Source: a virus
IMG/VR virus record: IMGVR_UViG_3300032236_000601
Span: 3,786 to 67,785 of that record
Direction: 5' to 3' (one strand)
Length of the DNA: 64,000 bases
Shown here: one piece after another, positions 45,978 through 55,802 of the stretch
Position numbering within the stretch: position 1 is the first letter of the stretch
Layout of the letters: each line of letters starts with the position of its first letter
The notes under the pieces: model-generated
Seen by the model: the letters and a program-made list of their open reading frames with translations, nothing else
What the model was told of the DNA's origin: nothing
Database searches by the model: none
Made by a program: the position numbers and the translations under genes

Positions 45978-46373
45978 TTACCAGGAAGGGTTTTCTAGAT
46001 CTTTTGCATTAGTGTAATCAAGACCATTTCCTATACCGAAACCTTCTCTTTGAGCAGCCATACCCTGCAAAGAAAGCACATCGTTTGGATCAGATGTTTG
46101 TCCACCACTAAAAGCCTTGGTAAGTTTATCTTGCCAAATTTTTTCACCATCTTCTTCTGCTCCATCAAGTTCTACACCTTGAAGGGCAGCAAGAAATTTA
46201 CGGTCATTAGACTCTTGCTTTCGTTTAGCGACGAGAATTTCAGTTAGTTCTGACATAGAAAGATTATCTTCTAATTCTTGAAAATCTTTCCAATTTCCTA
46301 AAAGAAATATTTCTGATTCTAGTGGAACTAGGTCTAGTTCAGACCAGGAATCCCCGCCGCTGGAATGTTTCCC
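45978..46373 (-). CDS. -1 frame extension of the tail assembly chaperone (gpGT-like)
   Basis: Open from GGGAAAC through SWSELDLVPLESEIFLLGNWKDFQELEDNLS into ORF 45978-46256. Confidence 0.85.
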   Translation of the reverse strand, partial: GKHSSGGDSWSELDLVPLESEIFLLGNWKDFQELEDNLSMSELTEILVAKRKQESNDRKFLAALQGVELDGAEEDGEKIWQDKLTKAFSGGQTSDPNDVLSLQGMAAQREGFGIGNGLDYTNAKDLENPSW

Positions 46374-46669
46374 TGGTCATCAAACTTAATGCCAGCAGCA
46401 GCCTCAATAATCTTGTATACGCTTGGAAGATCCAAGTTATCCTCTAGAGTTGCACGATCATCTGCATATGATGGATTGTATTGCTTCATAGCAATTTGAA
46501 CACAATCAACAAGCACATCCATTGACTTATCATTATCTGCTGCAACTTCTTGCAGTCCCTCAAACTTCTTCATGAAGTCACGTAGTAGAGAAATCTTGAG
46601 TGGACGCATCTTAATCTTAGTTCCGTCCAGTAGTTCTATTTCTGATGTTTCATAAACTGATGTAGCCAT
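46334..46669 (-). CDS. Tail assembly chaperone (gpG-like)
   Basis: Between tail tube and tape measure; slippery site near 3' end. Confidence 0.85.
   Translation of the reverse strand: MATSVYETSEIELLDGTKIKMRPLKISLLRDFMKKFEGLQEVAADNDKSMDVLVDCVQIAMKQYNPSYADDRATLEDNLDLPSVYKIIEAAAGIKFDDQGNIPAAGIPGLN
46367..46373 (-). other. Programmed -1 ribosomal frameshift site G GGA AAC
   Basis: X XXY YYZ heptamer in the correct frame (CAG GGA AAC). Confidence 0.85.
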
Positions 46670-46715
46670 TATTATCCTTTCCAGATTTGGTTAGATAAAG
46701 TATATCATGAGAAAG

Positions 46716-46739
46716 CCCCCCTAGCAACTGCTAGAGGGG
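46716..46739 (-). terminator. Terminator after the major tail gene
   Basis: CCCC.CTAGC / GCTAG.GGGG stem then TTTCT; TGATATACT promoter follows. Confidence 0.7.
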
Positions 46740-46768
46740 ACATTCCCTATTAAATTATTGTTTTGTTA

Positions 46769-47449
46769 TCAGGATGATGGTACTAGACGATCAACAATGC
46801 GTCCATAAGAACCATTTGCTGCTGGCAGCAAACGGAAGTTTACGGCGAACATTGATGGTGCATCACGCTTTGCGTCTACTATAACGTTATCAATTGATAG
46901 CGCACGGTATCCGACATAGATTCTTTCGATTGAAGAACCAACCTGGCAATCGCCAGTTCCTGGCCCTACTGCAAGAACACCACGCTCTACTGGGCAGTCA
47001 CCGATTGAACCTGAAGTAAGATCAAGGAAGTTAGCATAGTTTGTTCCACTGGCATTGTTTGCAGCAAGTGGGCTATCCATCTTGATATCATCAGTCTTAT
47101 CTGTGTACTTTGCTGCAATAGCAACAAGCAGGTTATCTAGAGTCGCTTCTGCGAAAGAAGTCTTTAGTCTTACCTGCATACCTGTCTTATATAGTCTAGC
47201 AGCATCAAGCAACTGATCAACAGCAACCTCATTGAATGCTGGCTGGAAATCTAGTTCCAGACCGTTTGATGTATATCCTACGTTACGAACAACAGAACTT
47301 GACTGTAGTGTGTCCTTGTAAGATGTACCAGCAGTGAATGTTGGAAGTGCTGGGGATGTGTTTAGATAATCAAACTCAGCAGCAGAACTAATGAATAGTG
47401 CTGCGGCTCCAACGATAATCTGCTTTGAATTACCACGGGTATAAGCCAT
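46769..47449 (-). CDS. Major tail (tube) protein
   Basis: IIVGAA, NVGYTSNGLEL, VDQLLD, EATLDNL; GAGGTG SD and own terminator; ends PSS. Confidence 0.9.
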   Translation of the reverse strand: MAYTRGNSKQIIVGAAALFISSAAEFDYLNTSPALPTFTAGTSYKDTLQSSSVVRNVGYTSNGLELDFQPAFNEVAVDQLLDAARLYKTGMQVRLKTSFAEATLDNLLVAIAAKYTDKTDDIKMDSPLAANNASGTNYANFLDLTSGSIGDCPVERGVLAVGPGTGDCQVGSSIERIYVGYRALSIDNVIVDAKRDAPSMFAVNFRLLPAANGSYGRIVDRLVPSS

Positions 47450-47518
47450 ATTTTTTCACCTCTATATTCTTTAAAATAGTTTGGCGGTTTGTTTCCTCTA
47501 GATAATTATACTGAGTCT

Positions 47519-48028
47519 TTATGAAAGTAAAGATTCTAAAGTATCTGTAAAGTGATAGGTGCAATCTATCATAAATTTAGTAATATAGTATGGCCTATTA
47601 CTGAATTCTCTAGCATGTTCTGGGTTTCTTAATTGAAAAACATTGGTTTTATGAAAAAATATGTGGGCAGGATTAGTCTGTTGAGAATTCCACTGATTAA
47701 TGTCTTTAGCAGAATCATCTTGTCTATCAAGAATTGTTTGAATGGCTGCCCCCCAAAGTAAAGTTTGCTTTTCATTTCCCTTCAAATCAAAAACAATGTG
47801 TTCTGATTTAATATATGGAAATGGATTATTGGTTGCTTGAATCATTCGATCATATACCACATATGCTTTATCTTCCCAGATACTTGTTCCCGTTGCGGCA
47901 TCCCCTAGAGGGAAGAATGGTGTTATTTTTCCATATTCTTTACCTAAAGATGGTTGAATTCTTTTCATTGTGGCCCACAGATAATTGCTTACTGTGACTG
48001 CTGGTACTGGAAAAACTGATAATGGCAT
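47519..48028 (-). CDS. Tail terminator-like protein
   Basis: Position directly before tail tube gene. Confidence 0.6.
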   Translation of the reverse strand: MPLSVFPVPAVTVSNYLWATMKRIQPSLGKEYGKITPFFPLGDAATGTSIWEDKAYVVYDRMIQATNNPFPYIKSEHIVFDLKGNEKQTLLWGAAIQTILDRQDDSAKDINQWNSQQTNPAHIFFHKTNVFQLRNPEHAREFSNRPYYITKFMIDCTYHFTDTLESLLS

Positions 48029-48702
48029 TACAACATCATCCCCGCATCATTAAGATATTGTCTTCCTGCTCTTACTCCCCTAGATCTGCCGCCACCACGG
48101 GCACCTTCTGGAAAATTAGAAGTATATTCTGTTAGTTCAGATAAATGCTTCATAAATGGTTGCAAAATTGCATTAGTAAAATATGAATCAAAGAATTCTG
48201 AAACAATTTTACCAAAACTACCTGCCACTCCATCTCCGCCAGGATGTTCTATAGTGACAGAGTGACTAACGAACACTGGTTCTCCATTTACTTCAAATTC
48301 TAGTGGGTGACCTGGTTTTGGAGTAATTGTTATTGCAATTCCATTTTCCATCACATTTGCCTTATCTGGAAATGGTTGTTTTGAAGTTTTGCTTATAGAT
48401 TTTGATTGTAGAAAAGAGCCGTAAAGCATAATATTATTTTTATCTGCCTTTACATTAATACTAAATAGTCTAGCAGAAGAATCTCCTACCTTATTCCACT
48501 CATATACGTGATGCAAAGTTTGTGGACTCATTCTTGCATTAACATCAATATACATACCAAGTGCTTCGGCAGCGAAACCGCCTAACCTTCTATTGAACTC
48601 TATTCTATCTAATTCTATACCTTCTAAAAATCCTTGTGAATATAAAACTGAATTATCTAATATTTTATTTAAGTTTAAGTTATCAATCTTAAGAGACAGC
48701 AT
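48028..48702 (-). CDS. Neck/tail completion protein
   Basis: LHHVYEW, KANVMENG, V.IEHPGG; synteny. Confidence 0.6.
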   Translation of the reverse strand: MLSLKIDNLNLNKILDNSVLYSQGFLEGIELDRIEFNRRLGGFAAEALGMYIDVNARMSPQTLHHVYEWNKVGDSSARLFSINVKADKNNIMLYGSFLQSKSISKTSKQPFPDKANVMENGIAITITPKPGHPLEFEVNGEPVFVSHSVTIEHPGGDGVAGSFGKIVSEFFDSYFTNAILQPFMKHLSELTEYTSNFPEGARGGGRSRGVRAGRQYLNDAGMML

Positions 48703-49165
48703 TATTAAGTACCTGCCTATCTGATCTATTTAATTGAGTCTTATAATAATCTGGTCTATTAAATGGACCGATAAATGGTTGAAAGGACTTTATTTCAAAA
48801 ATAGTTGGCTCTCCAACATAATTTCCGTTGCTCTCAATAAAGAACATATCTGTTTCACATGTTGCTCCACGAATATTGGTTACAAGTATGTGGGATAATG
48901 GATGATAGACTCCATCAGAAGCCTTACGAATATCATCCTTAAATCTTCCAAATATTGCTGTTTGCATTTTATCGAATACTTTATCCTCAAAAGCAAATTG
49001 ATTATTTTGATCTCCAAATGGATAAAATGAGCATGGTCTAGTTGCATCAAATTCCCATTGTTTTACTACCTCGTTATATTCATTTTGAATATCTTGGGCA
49101 TAATAAACATCACAATCCATTTGAAAAAATAATCCACGATTCTTTCTAAATAGACCATCAGCCAC
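48689..49165 (-). CDS. Head closure (stopper)-like protein
   Basis: CDVYYA...QNEYNEVVKQW; synteny. Confidence 0.6.
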   Translation of the reverse strand: MADGLFRKNRGLFFQMDCDVYYAQDIQNEYNEVVKQWEFDATRPCSFYPFGDQNNQFAFEDKVFDKMQTAIFGRFKDDIRKASDGVYHPLSHILVTNIRGATCETDMFFIESNGNYVGEPTIFEIKSFQPFIGPFNRPDYYKTQLNRSDRQVLNNAVS

Positions 49166-50178
49166 TATAGTACACCTATGCGATGATATGGGCGTGGGTA
49201 TGCAGAAAGAATTCTGTCAACAATTCTATTTCCAGTATCTTTGAATGCTTCTGGATCAAATACCACGGTAAATTGATCACTCTTAAAGTTAGTTACATAT
49301 GAATTAATATATGGCAGATTATTGCATTGCATATCACTTATAAGAAGTTTTGTAGCCTGCTTAATATCTTGTGGAATAATAGGCCACCCTGCTTCTATAA
49401 TTACCGTATAATCCCAGGATTCTGGGAACATGGCTGTATTTGCAGCCATATCAACAAAAGTCTTTGTATCATAAATTGCATCTGAGAAGTTTGGTGAATC
49501 ATTTGTATTATAAAGAGTAAATGAATCAGATGCTCCTCTTGGATTCATAACTGGTCTTGATTGCAATCTATTTATACCATTTGCAGTTGGCATATAAACT
49601 GTTATTGAAGTCTTATCTGGAGAAATGATATATTCTCTTGTATTTGTCCAGGTATTTGGATCGCTAGGTTCAGTGTCATATACGATAACATCATTCTCAT
49701 AAACCCTGACAATTTTATTAATTCTAAATGGAATTGCTAAGTAATCTGCTCCAAGTCCAGTTGTTTCAACAACTTCACGAGTATACATAAATCCACCAGT
49801 TATGGAGTTAATTAGTGATCTTGAAATAGATTCATACATTGCTGCATCAGCAACATCATCTGGGGTATCTGCAATTGTTCTTGGATCAACATATGGACGC
49901 ATAATGGTTAGAGTATCTGTCCAAACAAGATCTCCACGAGTTGCTACCCCATTTACCTCACCAGTCTTTACATAAATCTCTACAACATATTCTGCATCAT
50001 ATCTTGAAAAATAATCTGGAAGATTTGTGGTTATATTTCCTTGTGAATCAGATGTTACATAAATTTCAACAAGATCTTCTGCAAACTTATTCATGATTGC
50101 AATGACATAATCTGTACTTGCATCAACATCGGAACAAGCAAAAACTAGTGGGAATGGCTTTAGCCTATTTATTTCCAT
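49165..50178 (-). CDS. Head-tail adaptor protein
   Basis: GWPIIPQDIKQAT, TGNRIVDRILSAY. Confidence 0.7.
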   Translation of the reverse strand: MEINRLKPFPLVFACSDVDASTDYVIAIMNKFAEDLVEIYVTSDSQGNITTNLPDYFSRYDAEYVVEIYVKTGEVNGVATRGDLVWTDTLTIMRPYVDPRTIADTPDDVADAAMYESISRSLINSITGGFMYTREVVETTGLGADYLAIPFRINKIVRVYENDVIVYDTEPSDPNTWTNTREYIISPDKTSITVYMPTANGINRLQSRPVMNPRGASDSFTLYNTNDSPNFSDAIYDTKTFVDMAANTAMFPESWDYTVIIEAGWPIIPQDIKQATKLLISDMQCNNLPYINSYVTNFKSDQFTVVFDPEAFKDTGNRIVDRILSAYPRPYHRIGVL

Positions 50179-50181
50179 ATA

Positions 50182-50628
50182 TTATTTACCGTAATAAGTT
50201 GCAATCTCTTCTGGTGTAGCAGTACGAATCCCATTAAGAGTTAACCACTTATCTGCGGCCTCCTTAGTTACAATATTATATCCTCTTACAATCTTTCCAA
50301 CTTCATGCCAACTAATATTCTTTTCTGACCAAAGTGCCTTTTTATTTTCTTCAATTGAATGCTCAACTACTTGTTCTACTGGTTCTATCTTTTGCAATGC
50401 ACGATCTGCTGCTCCTGAACCTACAACATTATTACCATCTACACGAGTATTAGATCTTGGAACTCTTGGTGTATTAGAAACTGGATTTGGATTAATGACA
50501 TTTTCTGAAACAGGAGTAGTTGCCTCAGATATATTTTCTGAAATAACAGCGTCTGGTGCTGAAGCAGCAACCTTTTTTGTTGCCCTTGGCTTTCGGGCTG
50601 GCTTTGGAATCTCTATTTCTTCAGACAT
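50182..50628 (-). CDS. Hypothetical head-associated protein
   Basis: Low-complexity N-half; GYNIVTKEAADKWL..IRTATPEEIA. Confidence 0.7.
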   Translation of the reverse strand: MSEEIEIPKPARKPRATKKVAASAPDAVISENISEATTPVSENVINPNPVSNTPRVPRSNTRVDGNNVVGSGAADRALQKIEPVEQVVEHSIEENKKALWSEKNISWHEVGKIVRGYNIVTKEAADKWLTLNGIRTATPEEIATYYGK

Positions 50629-50670
50629 TTTATACCTTTCTCTTATTGCAATTATATCAGAATATGCTTA

Positions 50671-50698
50671 AGAGGGGCAGCCGTTAGGCCACCCCTCT
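50671..50698 (-). terminator. Terminator after the major capsid gene
   Basis: AGAGGGG / CCCCTCT stem. Confidence 0.7.
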
Positions 50699-50719
50699 CA
50701 AACAGTGAATGATTACTTA

Positions 50720-51880
50720 TTAGGAAACCATTGCTGTTGGGTTTGCATATGCAACTGCGTCTAGTTCTTCCCATGTTAGACCAAAACGGACGAATACTGT
50801 GTACTCAATTGTGTCCTTCTTTGGCTTGTACTCACGGTTGACTGTAATGTCACGCTGGAATCCCCATACACGGTTCTGTGGGAATGTTAGATCAACATAT
50901 GCCCCAGGGTAGTATGGAACTTCCTGAACGTCTACACCTAGAACACGAGTTGTACGTGCGCCACCAAATGTCTGTCCCATACCTGATAGGTAATCCTCAC
51001 GACGCTGTGGTGTACCAGCAACACGTGGGTCAAGTGCTGCTGCAATAGCGTCAGCAAGTGTACCATTGTGCTTGACGATGTTTGCGAAAACATCTGTACC
51101 AGCGTAGAACTTTAGACCAGACTTGATTGCACGGTACTTACGTGGCAATGCGTAGATCATCTGCTGCATTGTCTCTGGGGTCCAGCCGCTTGTAATATCT
51201 ACGACTGCCTCATGAGCATATCCACCAGAAGCAACCTGATGAACGAATCCACTCATAATTCCTAGGAATGGATCAGAACCTCCGTTGCCATTGATAGCAA
51301 GATCCTCAAGATCGTTACCGAAAGCATTTGTCATTAGACGAACTAGATGATCTTCTAGTGCTGCACCTTCGATGTTGTCCTCAAGGGCTTCTGTTGAAAC
51401 TTCCCAATCCAGACGGATCTTCTTTGTGGTTAGTTCAACCTTTGTGAATGTTGCACCAGCGTTTGTATACTCACCCAGAGCCTGTGAAGCAGCGCGAATA
51501 ACACGCTCTCCAACGTTGACCTTCTCAAGTTCAATCGTGTTTGCACGCATTGTAACTCTACGACCATCTTGGGCGAGAACTGTTGCGTCCCAAACATAGT
51601 CGATAAACATACGAGCCTGCTCGGGATTTAGAATGCCACCAGGGGCACCTACTGGATTAACAGCGTTTGGTCCTGATGTTGAACCATAGTTTGCTGCTGG
51701 AATGTTGCCTGGAGTTCCCCAAGGATCACTTCCTAGGTTAGTTGTTCCACCGATTCCAGTGTTAGCGACTGCACCCTGGCCCTGATATAGACCTGGCTCA
51801 GTACCACCAACATGCCCAGTACCTGTTGTACCTGGCTGGTTCTTCTCTAGAGTATTCTCTAGATTAATTTCTTCTGCCAT
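50720..51880 (-). CDS. Major capsid protein (HK97 fold)
   Basis: GGILNPEQA..FIDY, ELTTKKIRL.WEVS.EALEDNIEG, DLEDLAING; GGAGGTG SD. Confidence 0.93.
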   Translation of the reverse strand: MAEEINLENTLEKNQPGTTGTGHVGGTEPGLYQGQGAVANTGIGGTTNLGSDPWGTPGNIPAANYGSTSGPNAVNPVGAPGGILNPEQARMFIDYVWDATVLAQDGRRVTMRANTIELEKVNVGERVIRAASQALGEYTNAGATFTKVELTTKKIRLDWEVSTEALEDNIEGAALEDHLVRLMTNAFGNDLEDLAINGNGGSDPFLGIMSGFVHQVASGGYAHEAVVDITSGWTPETMQQMIYALPRKYRAIKSGLKFYAGTDVFANIVKHNGTLADAIAAALDPRVAGTPQRREDYLSGMGQTFGGARTTRVLGVDVQEVPYYPGAYVDLTFPQNRVWGFQRDITVNREYKPKKDTIEYTVFVRFGLTWEELDAVAYANPTAMVS

Positions 51881-51917
51881 TGACTTTCACCTCCATATTT
51901 TTCTTTCTTATTTTTTG

Positions 51918-53681
51918 TTATAGGTCGGCATTTGTGAGGAAACGACCGCCCCACATGGATTTCTCCATGATTACTGGTTGTTCCTGCAAGATCTCGCCAA
52001 GATCAGCAGACTTACGGAAAGCGGTATCCTTCTCTACAGCATCTACACGCTTACCAAAACTATCTTTTACTGCATTTACCTCATTGCTAATTCCAGCAAC
52101 TGACTTGTTAACGCCTTCAATCTTGGCATCAAGAGCCTTTACTGTTTCAGCAAGATTGGATAGTGCGATTGTAAGTGATTGATTAATTTCCTTAATCATA
52201 TTGAAAGCCTCATCAGCCTTCTTTGTTTGATCAAGTTCATTATCAAATCCCTCAGTATAACCAGGCATATTTGCTACTGGAGTATCCTCATCGTCAACGC
52301 CAATTTCAGTGTCTACACCCTTCTTGGCCTCTGCCTTTTCATCAGCATCAGTTTCAGATGCTGCCTCTTCTGGAGTTTCCTCTTCATCAGTAGCCATACC
52401 CTTATCAACCTTCATACCATAACACTTATCGCACATTGAGTCATTCATGCTATCAGTTGAGCATGACATTCCGCATTCCTTGCAGTTAGCCATTGACTTC
52501 TCTGTATTTGAATCATCTTCAGCGTCATCATCATCATCTTCAATGTCAATTTCGACAGCCTTAACAGTCTCTGAAACGGTTGCATCGCTATGGTTTACAG
52601 CGAGGGATGTTCCTTCTGGATTTACCTGTGTGTCATTCTCTGAATCGTAAAAGTTACCCTTTTCGATTTCGTCTACAATAACAATGTCTGAGTCCATCTT
52701 GCTAACCTCCTTTACCTCTGATTTACTAATCGCATTAACTTTTTCTAATGAAGAAATATTTTTGATAACACGACGATTGGTGGGTACAATTGTACCGTCT
52801 TTTTGTGAATATACTTTCAAAATAGTAATTGGATCACTTGTTGTAGCATTATGGATAATTTCTTCTGTGGAAAGTCTTGCACCACCCTTAACAATTACTT
52901 GGATAACTTTTCCATATCCACCATTAAACTTAACAAATGTATTCTCAATAATACCTTTTTGTATTTCAGTATTTCTAATATCAACAACTAATGACTTTAC
53001 AACAGAAGCCTTTTCTGTATCATTGCTCTCTACAAATCCAATGTTCATCATTGACTTATCACACTGTGGGCAAGAGCATGAAGAATCTTCAGACATTTTA
53101 ACAATGTCACACTTTCTGCACCAATAAACATTCTCTGTTGAAGTCTTTGATAAATAACCAGAAATTACACCTTTTTCAATGCTAAATACATTGGCAAATT
53201 GATTTGCTGGATTATCAACTAAAGATAATTCGCTTAATGAATAATCTTTAATTACTTGATAAGACTTGCCAAGATCTTCATCATATACCTTTTCTGAGTC
53301 ATGAATCTCTCCACCAATTGAAAACCCTGTAAGCGTTCCATCAAGAACCTTTTCCCAGGTATCCTGGGCACCCTTACTTACATAAGCAGATACTACAATT
53401 CCATTATAAAACTTCTTTGACTCTGGATCAAAATATGAATCTTCCTTAAAGGAAACTACTTTGCCAACAGCAATTGGTTGATGCATCTCACGAATATTTC
53501 CACGGAAATTTTCAAATGCCCTTACGCTCGCCTCTTTAGGAACAACGTCACCTTGGCGATCAAGATTATCAAGAGTAGCGAATCCAGTTACAATTCTACG
53601 CTCTTTATCTACCTTATTAATTGGCATAGAAAGACGAATATGGTCTTTCTCTGTTGACCAATATGCCTTATTTATTTCCAT
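51918..53681 (-). CDS. Prohead protease-scaffold fusion with passenger domains
   Basis: DRQGDVV, IREMH, TGFSIGG, ELSLVDNPAN; Zn ribbons, acidic linker, coiled coil, ends KSMWGGRFLTNADL; start MEINKA. Confidence 0.9.
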   Translation of the reverse strand: MEINKAYWSTEKDHIRLSMPINKVDKERRIVTGFATLDNLDRQGDVVPKEASVRAFENFRGNIREMHQPIAVGKVVSFKEDSYFDPESKKFYNGIVVSAYVSKGAQDTWEKVLDGTLTGFSIGGEIHDSEKVYDEDLGKSYQVIKDYSLSELSLVDNPANQFANVFSIEKGVISGYLSKTSTENVYWCRKCDIVKMSEDSSCSCPQCDKSMMNIGFVESNDTEKASVVKSLVVDIRNTEIQKGIIENTFVKFNGGYGKVIQVIVKGGARLSTEEIIHNATTSDPITILKVYSQKDGTIVPTNRRVIKNISSLEKVNAISKSEVKEVSKMDSDIVIVDEIEKGNFYDSENDTQVNPEGTSLAVNHSDATVSETVKAVEIDIEDDDDDAEDDSNTEKSMANCKECGMSCSTDSMNDSMCDKCYGMKVDKGMATDEEETPEEAASETDADEKAEAKKGVDTEIGVDDEDTPVANMPGYTEGFDNELDQTKKADEAFNMIKEINQSLTIALSNLAETVKALDAKIEGVNKSVAGISNEVNAVKDSFGKRVDAVEKDTAFRKSADLGEILQEQPVIMEKSMWGGRFLTNADL

Positions 53682-53715
53682 ATCATTCCCATTATACATT
53701 AATTTTTATATAATA

Positions 53716-55392
53716 TTAATTTTTAGAACCTTGTCCCTTTGGATTTCTTCCAGTAACAGCACCTGGTCCATCGGATTGATTATTTTTTCTTTCTTGATCT
53801 CTTGACTTATTGCCTTGCATATTACCCTTGGCATCTGCTGCTTGACGAGGACTTAGTTGAACTGGTTCGTCTCCACCATCTCTTTGTGGATAACCAATTG
53901 CCTCTCTAACCTCATTTGGAACCAAAACTTGATCTTTAACATAAGTGTCATAAATTTGTGATTGAGCAATTTCATCAATAAGGCTGACCTGATTAAAGGA
54001 TAACTTTACAACGTCAGTTTTTTCTTTAACAATTTTATTAATTGCTTTTTCTATTTGCTCTTGCAATGGAGCGCAAACTTGATCACGGAATGTACGATCT
54101 TGAGACATTGCTGCTGATAGAGCACTTGAATCTACTCCGCCTAATTTAGAAAGTGGAACCTGATGGGCCATGAGAATATCATCACGATTCTGCTTCCTAT
54201 ACTGTGAAAATGATGCCTCTTGTACACCGTTTTCTACAGGATGCATTTCAAACTCAATCTTATTACCTTCAGAATCTCCTGGAAGTGGTATATAAAGAGT
54301 TCTGTGCGACTGCCCCTTAAGTCCTGTCTGGAAGAACCTAAATAGCCTATCCTCTGCATCTGCTGTTAACTTTGCACCCTTAACAGTAATGATATATCTT
54401 GGAACAGCCTTATTCTCAAAGTATTCAATGTTATATCTGGCAGCCATTAAGTCACCCTGAAGTGAGGTCATTGCTGCAACAATATCTGGAATACCGTAGA
54501 AAGTATTTAGTGGAGAATATTCTCTTAGATGAATTACCTCGTTTGGACGAGGATCTTCTGTTACTGGATTTGGATTATTAGCACCAAAATTACGGAAGTA
54601 TGTAATTGTTCCAGCAATAATCTGAATATATCCATCATGCAAACGACGTACACGCATTGTTGTTGAAGGAATGTGACCAATATATCCAATTTCGCCTGTT
54701 ACTGTGCGACCAACTTCAATATATCCATTTCCAGTTGCCTGCATATCTGTAACAACCTTTTCTAATGTCTTTGTTAGGCTATCCTCATCATTAAGATCTT
54801 CTAGCCAATCAGACATTTGAATCTTTAGTTGTTCAATTCTTCTCTTTGCCTTTTCTTTATTTGACTCATTATCCATTGATTCTAACTTCATCATGGTTTC
54901 AGTTGTCATATCAAACTTGTATCCAATACCGACGGTATTTGAAACCTTGGCATCAATTGCTGCGTGATTAGCAAAAGAAGTATCGTAGTATGCTGAAAGT
55001 TCATATAGATTATATGGTGGAGTAATAAGATCAAAAATTCCATAACCATTACGATATACCTGGCCTGGATTAATCTTCTTTGATCCTACAGTTCTATCAA
55101 CATTTTGACCAACAGATCTAGCATCACTCAGGTATCTACGAGAAATCTGACCATCTGGATCTCTTGGAACTTGATTTACTAAGAGATTGTTTGCTCCTGT
55201 ACTAGAGAGTGCCATTCCTGGTGGTGGTGGTGCTGTTTTTTCTGCACGCTGTTGTCTGCGTTTAAAATTCTTGTTTAATCCTCTAAGATCAGAAAGTTCT
55301 TCCCAACTCTTATTGAATGGGTCTGCATTACCAAATTCATTTTCAATAATTTGATCTGCCATCTTTGCATCAATTAAAAAACTTTCACTCAT
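53716..55392 (-). CDS. Portal protein
   Basis: TGNGYIE, EVIH....P...YGIP, YFENKAVP, AHQVP, PNEVRE.IG. Confidence 0.93.
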   Translation of the reverse strand: MSESFLIDAKMADQIIENEFGNADPFNKSWEELSDLRGLNKNFKRRQQRAEKTAPPPPGMALSSTGANNLLVNQVPRDPDGQISRRYLSDARSVGQNVDRTVGSKKINPGQVYRNGYGIFDLITPPYNLYELSAYYDTSFANHAAIDAKVSNTVGIGYKFDMTTETMMKLESMDNESNKEKAKRRIEQLKIQMSDWLEDLNDEDSLTKTLEKVVTDMQATGNGYIEVGRTVTGEIGYIGHIPSTTMRVRRLHDGYIQIIAGTITYFRNFGANNPNPVTEDPRPNEVIHLREYSPLNTFYGIPDIVAAMTSLQGDLMAARYNIEYFENKAVPRYIITVKGAKLTADAEDRLFRFFQTGLKGQSHRTLYIPLPGDSEGNKIEFEMHPVENGVQEASFSQYRKQNRDDILMAHQVPLSKLGGVDSSALSAAMSQDRTFRDQVCAPLQEQIEKAINKIVKEKTDVVKLSFNQVSLIDEIAQSQIYDTYVKDQVLVPNEVREAIGYPQRDGGDEPVQLSPRQAADAKGNMQGNKSRDQERKNNQSDGPGAVTGRNPKGQGSKN

Positions 55393-55784
55393 TATTCTGC
55401 TCCCCCATAAACTTGAGAGGTCTTTTTGGCTGCTGCGACGGCACCAAGATCATTCATAGTTGGAATAAGACCCTGTTCCATTCGCTGTACTTGTTCATCA
55501 TATTCTTCATCTGTTGCACGACCAATACCAGCATAGAACCAGGGTGATCCCTCTGGTTGACCATATGCTGCGGCTGCCTCACGAATCTTAGCCATCTGAC
55601 CAATATCTCCCTCAATTGAAGGAATGTTTAACATTCTTCCTTCATCATCCTTAAATAAATGTCCATCAGGAAGTCTCCAAAAATAAAGTCCCCAGGCATA
55701 GCCAAACATTGCCTTTTGTCCATCTGCTTTATCTATAACTGATATCTTTGTTTTACCAAGAGTTGGTCTTTTTCTATTACTCAT
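55392..55784 (-). CDS. Hypothetical protein upstream of portal
   Basis: WGLYFWRLPDG...LNIPS; TGGTACAAT-7 nt-ATG. Confidence 0.75.
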   Translation of the reverse strand: MSNRKRPTLGKTKISVIDKADGQKAMFGYAWGLYFWRLPDGHLFKDDEGRMLNIPSIEGDIGQMAKIREAAAAYGQPEGSPWFYAGIGRATDEEYDEQVQRMEQGLIPTMNDLGAVAAAKKTSQVYGGAE

Positions 55785-55802
55785 AACCACCATTGTACCA
55801 GA

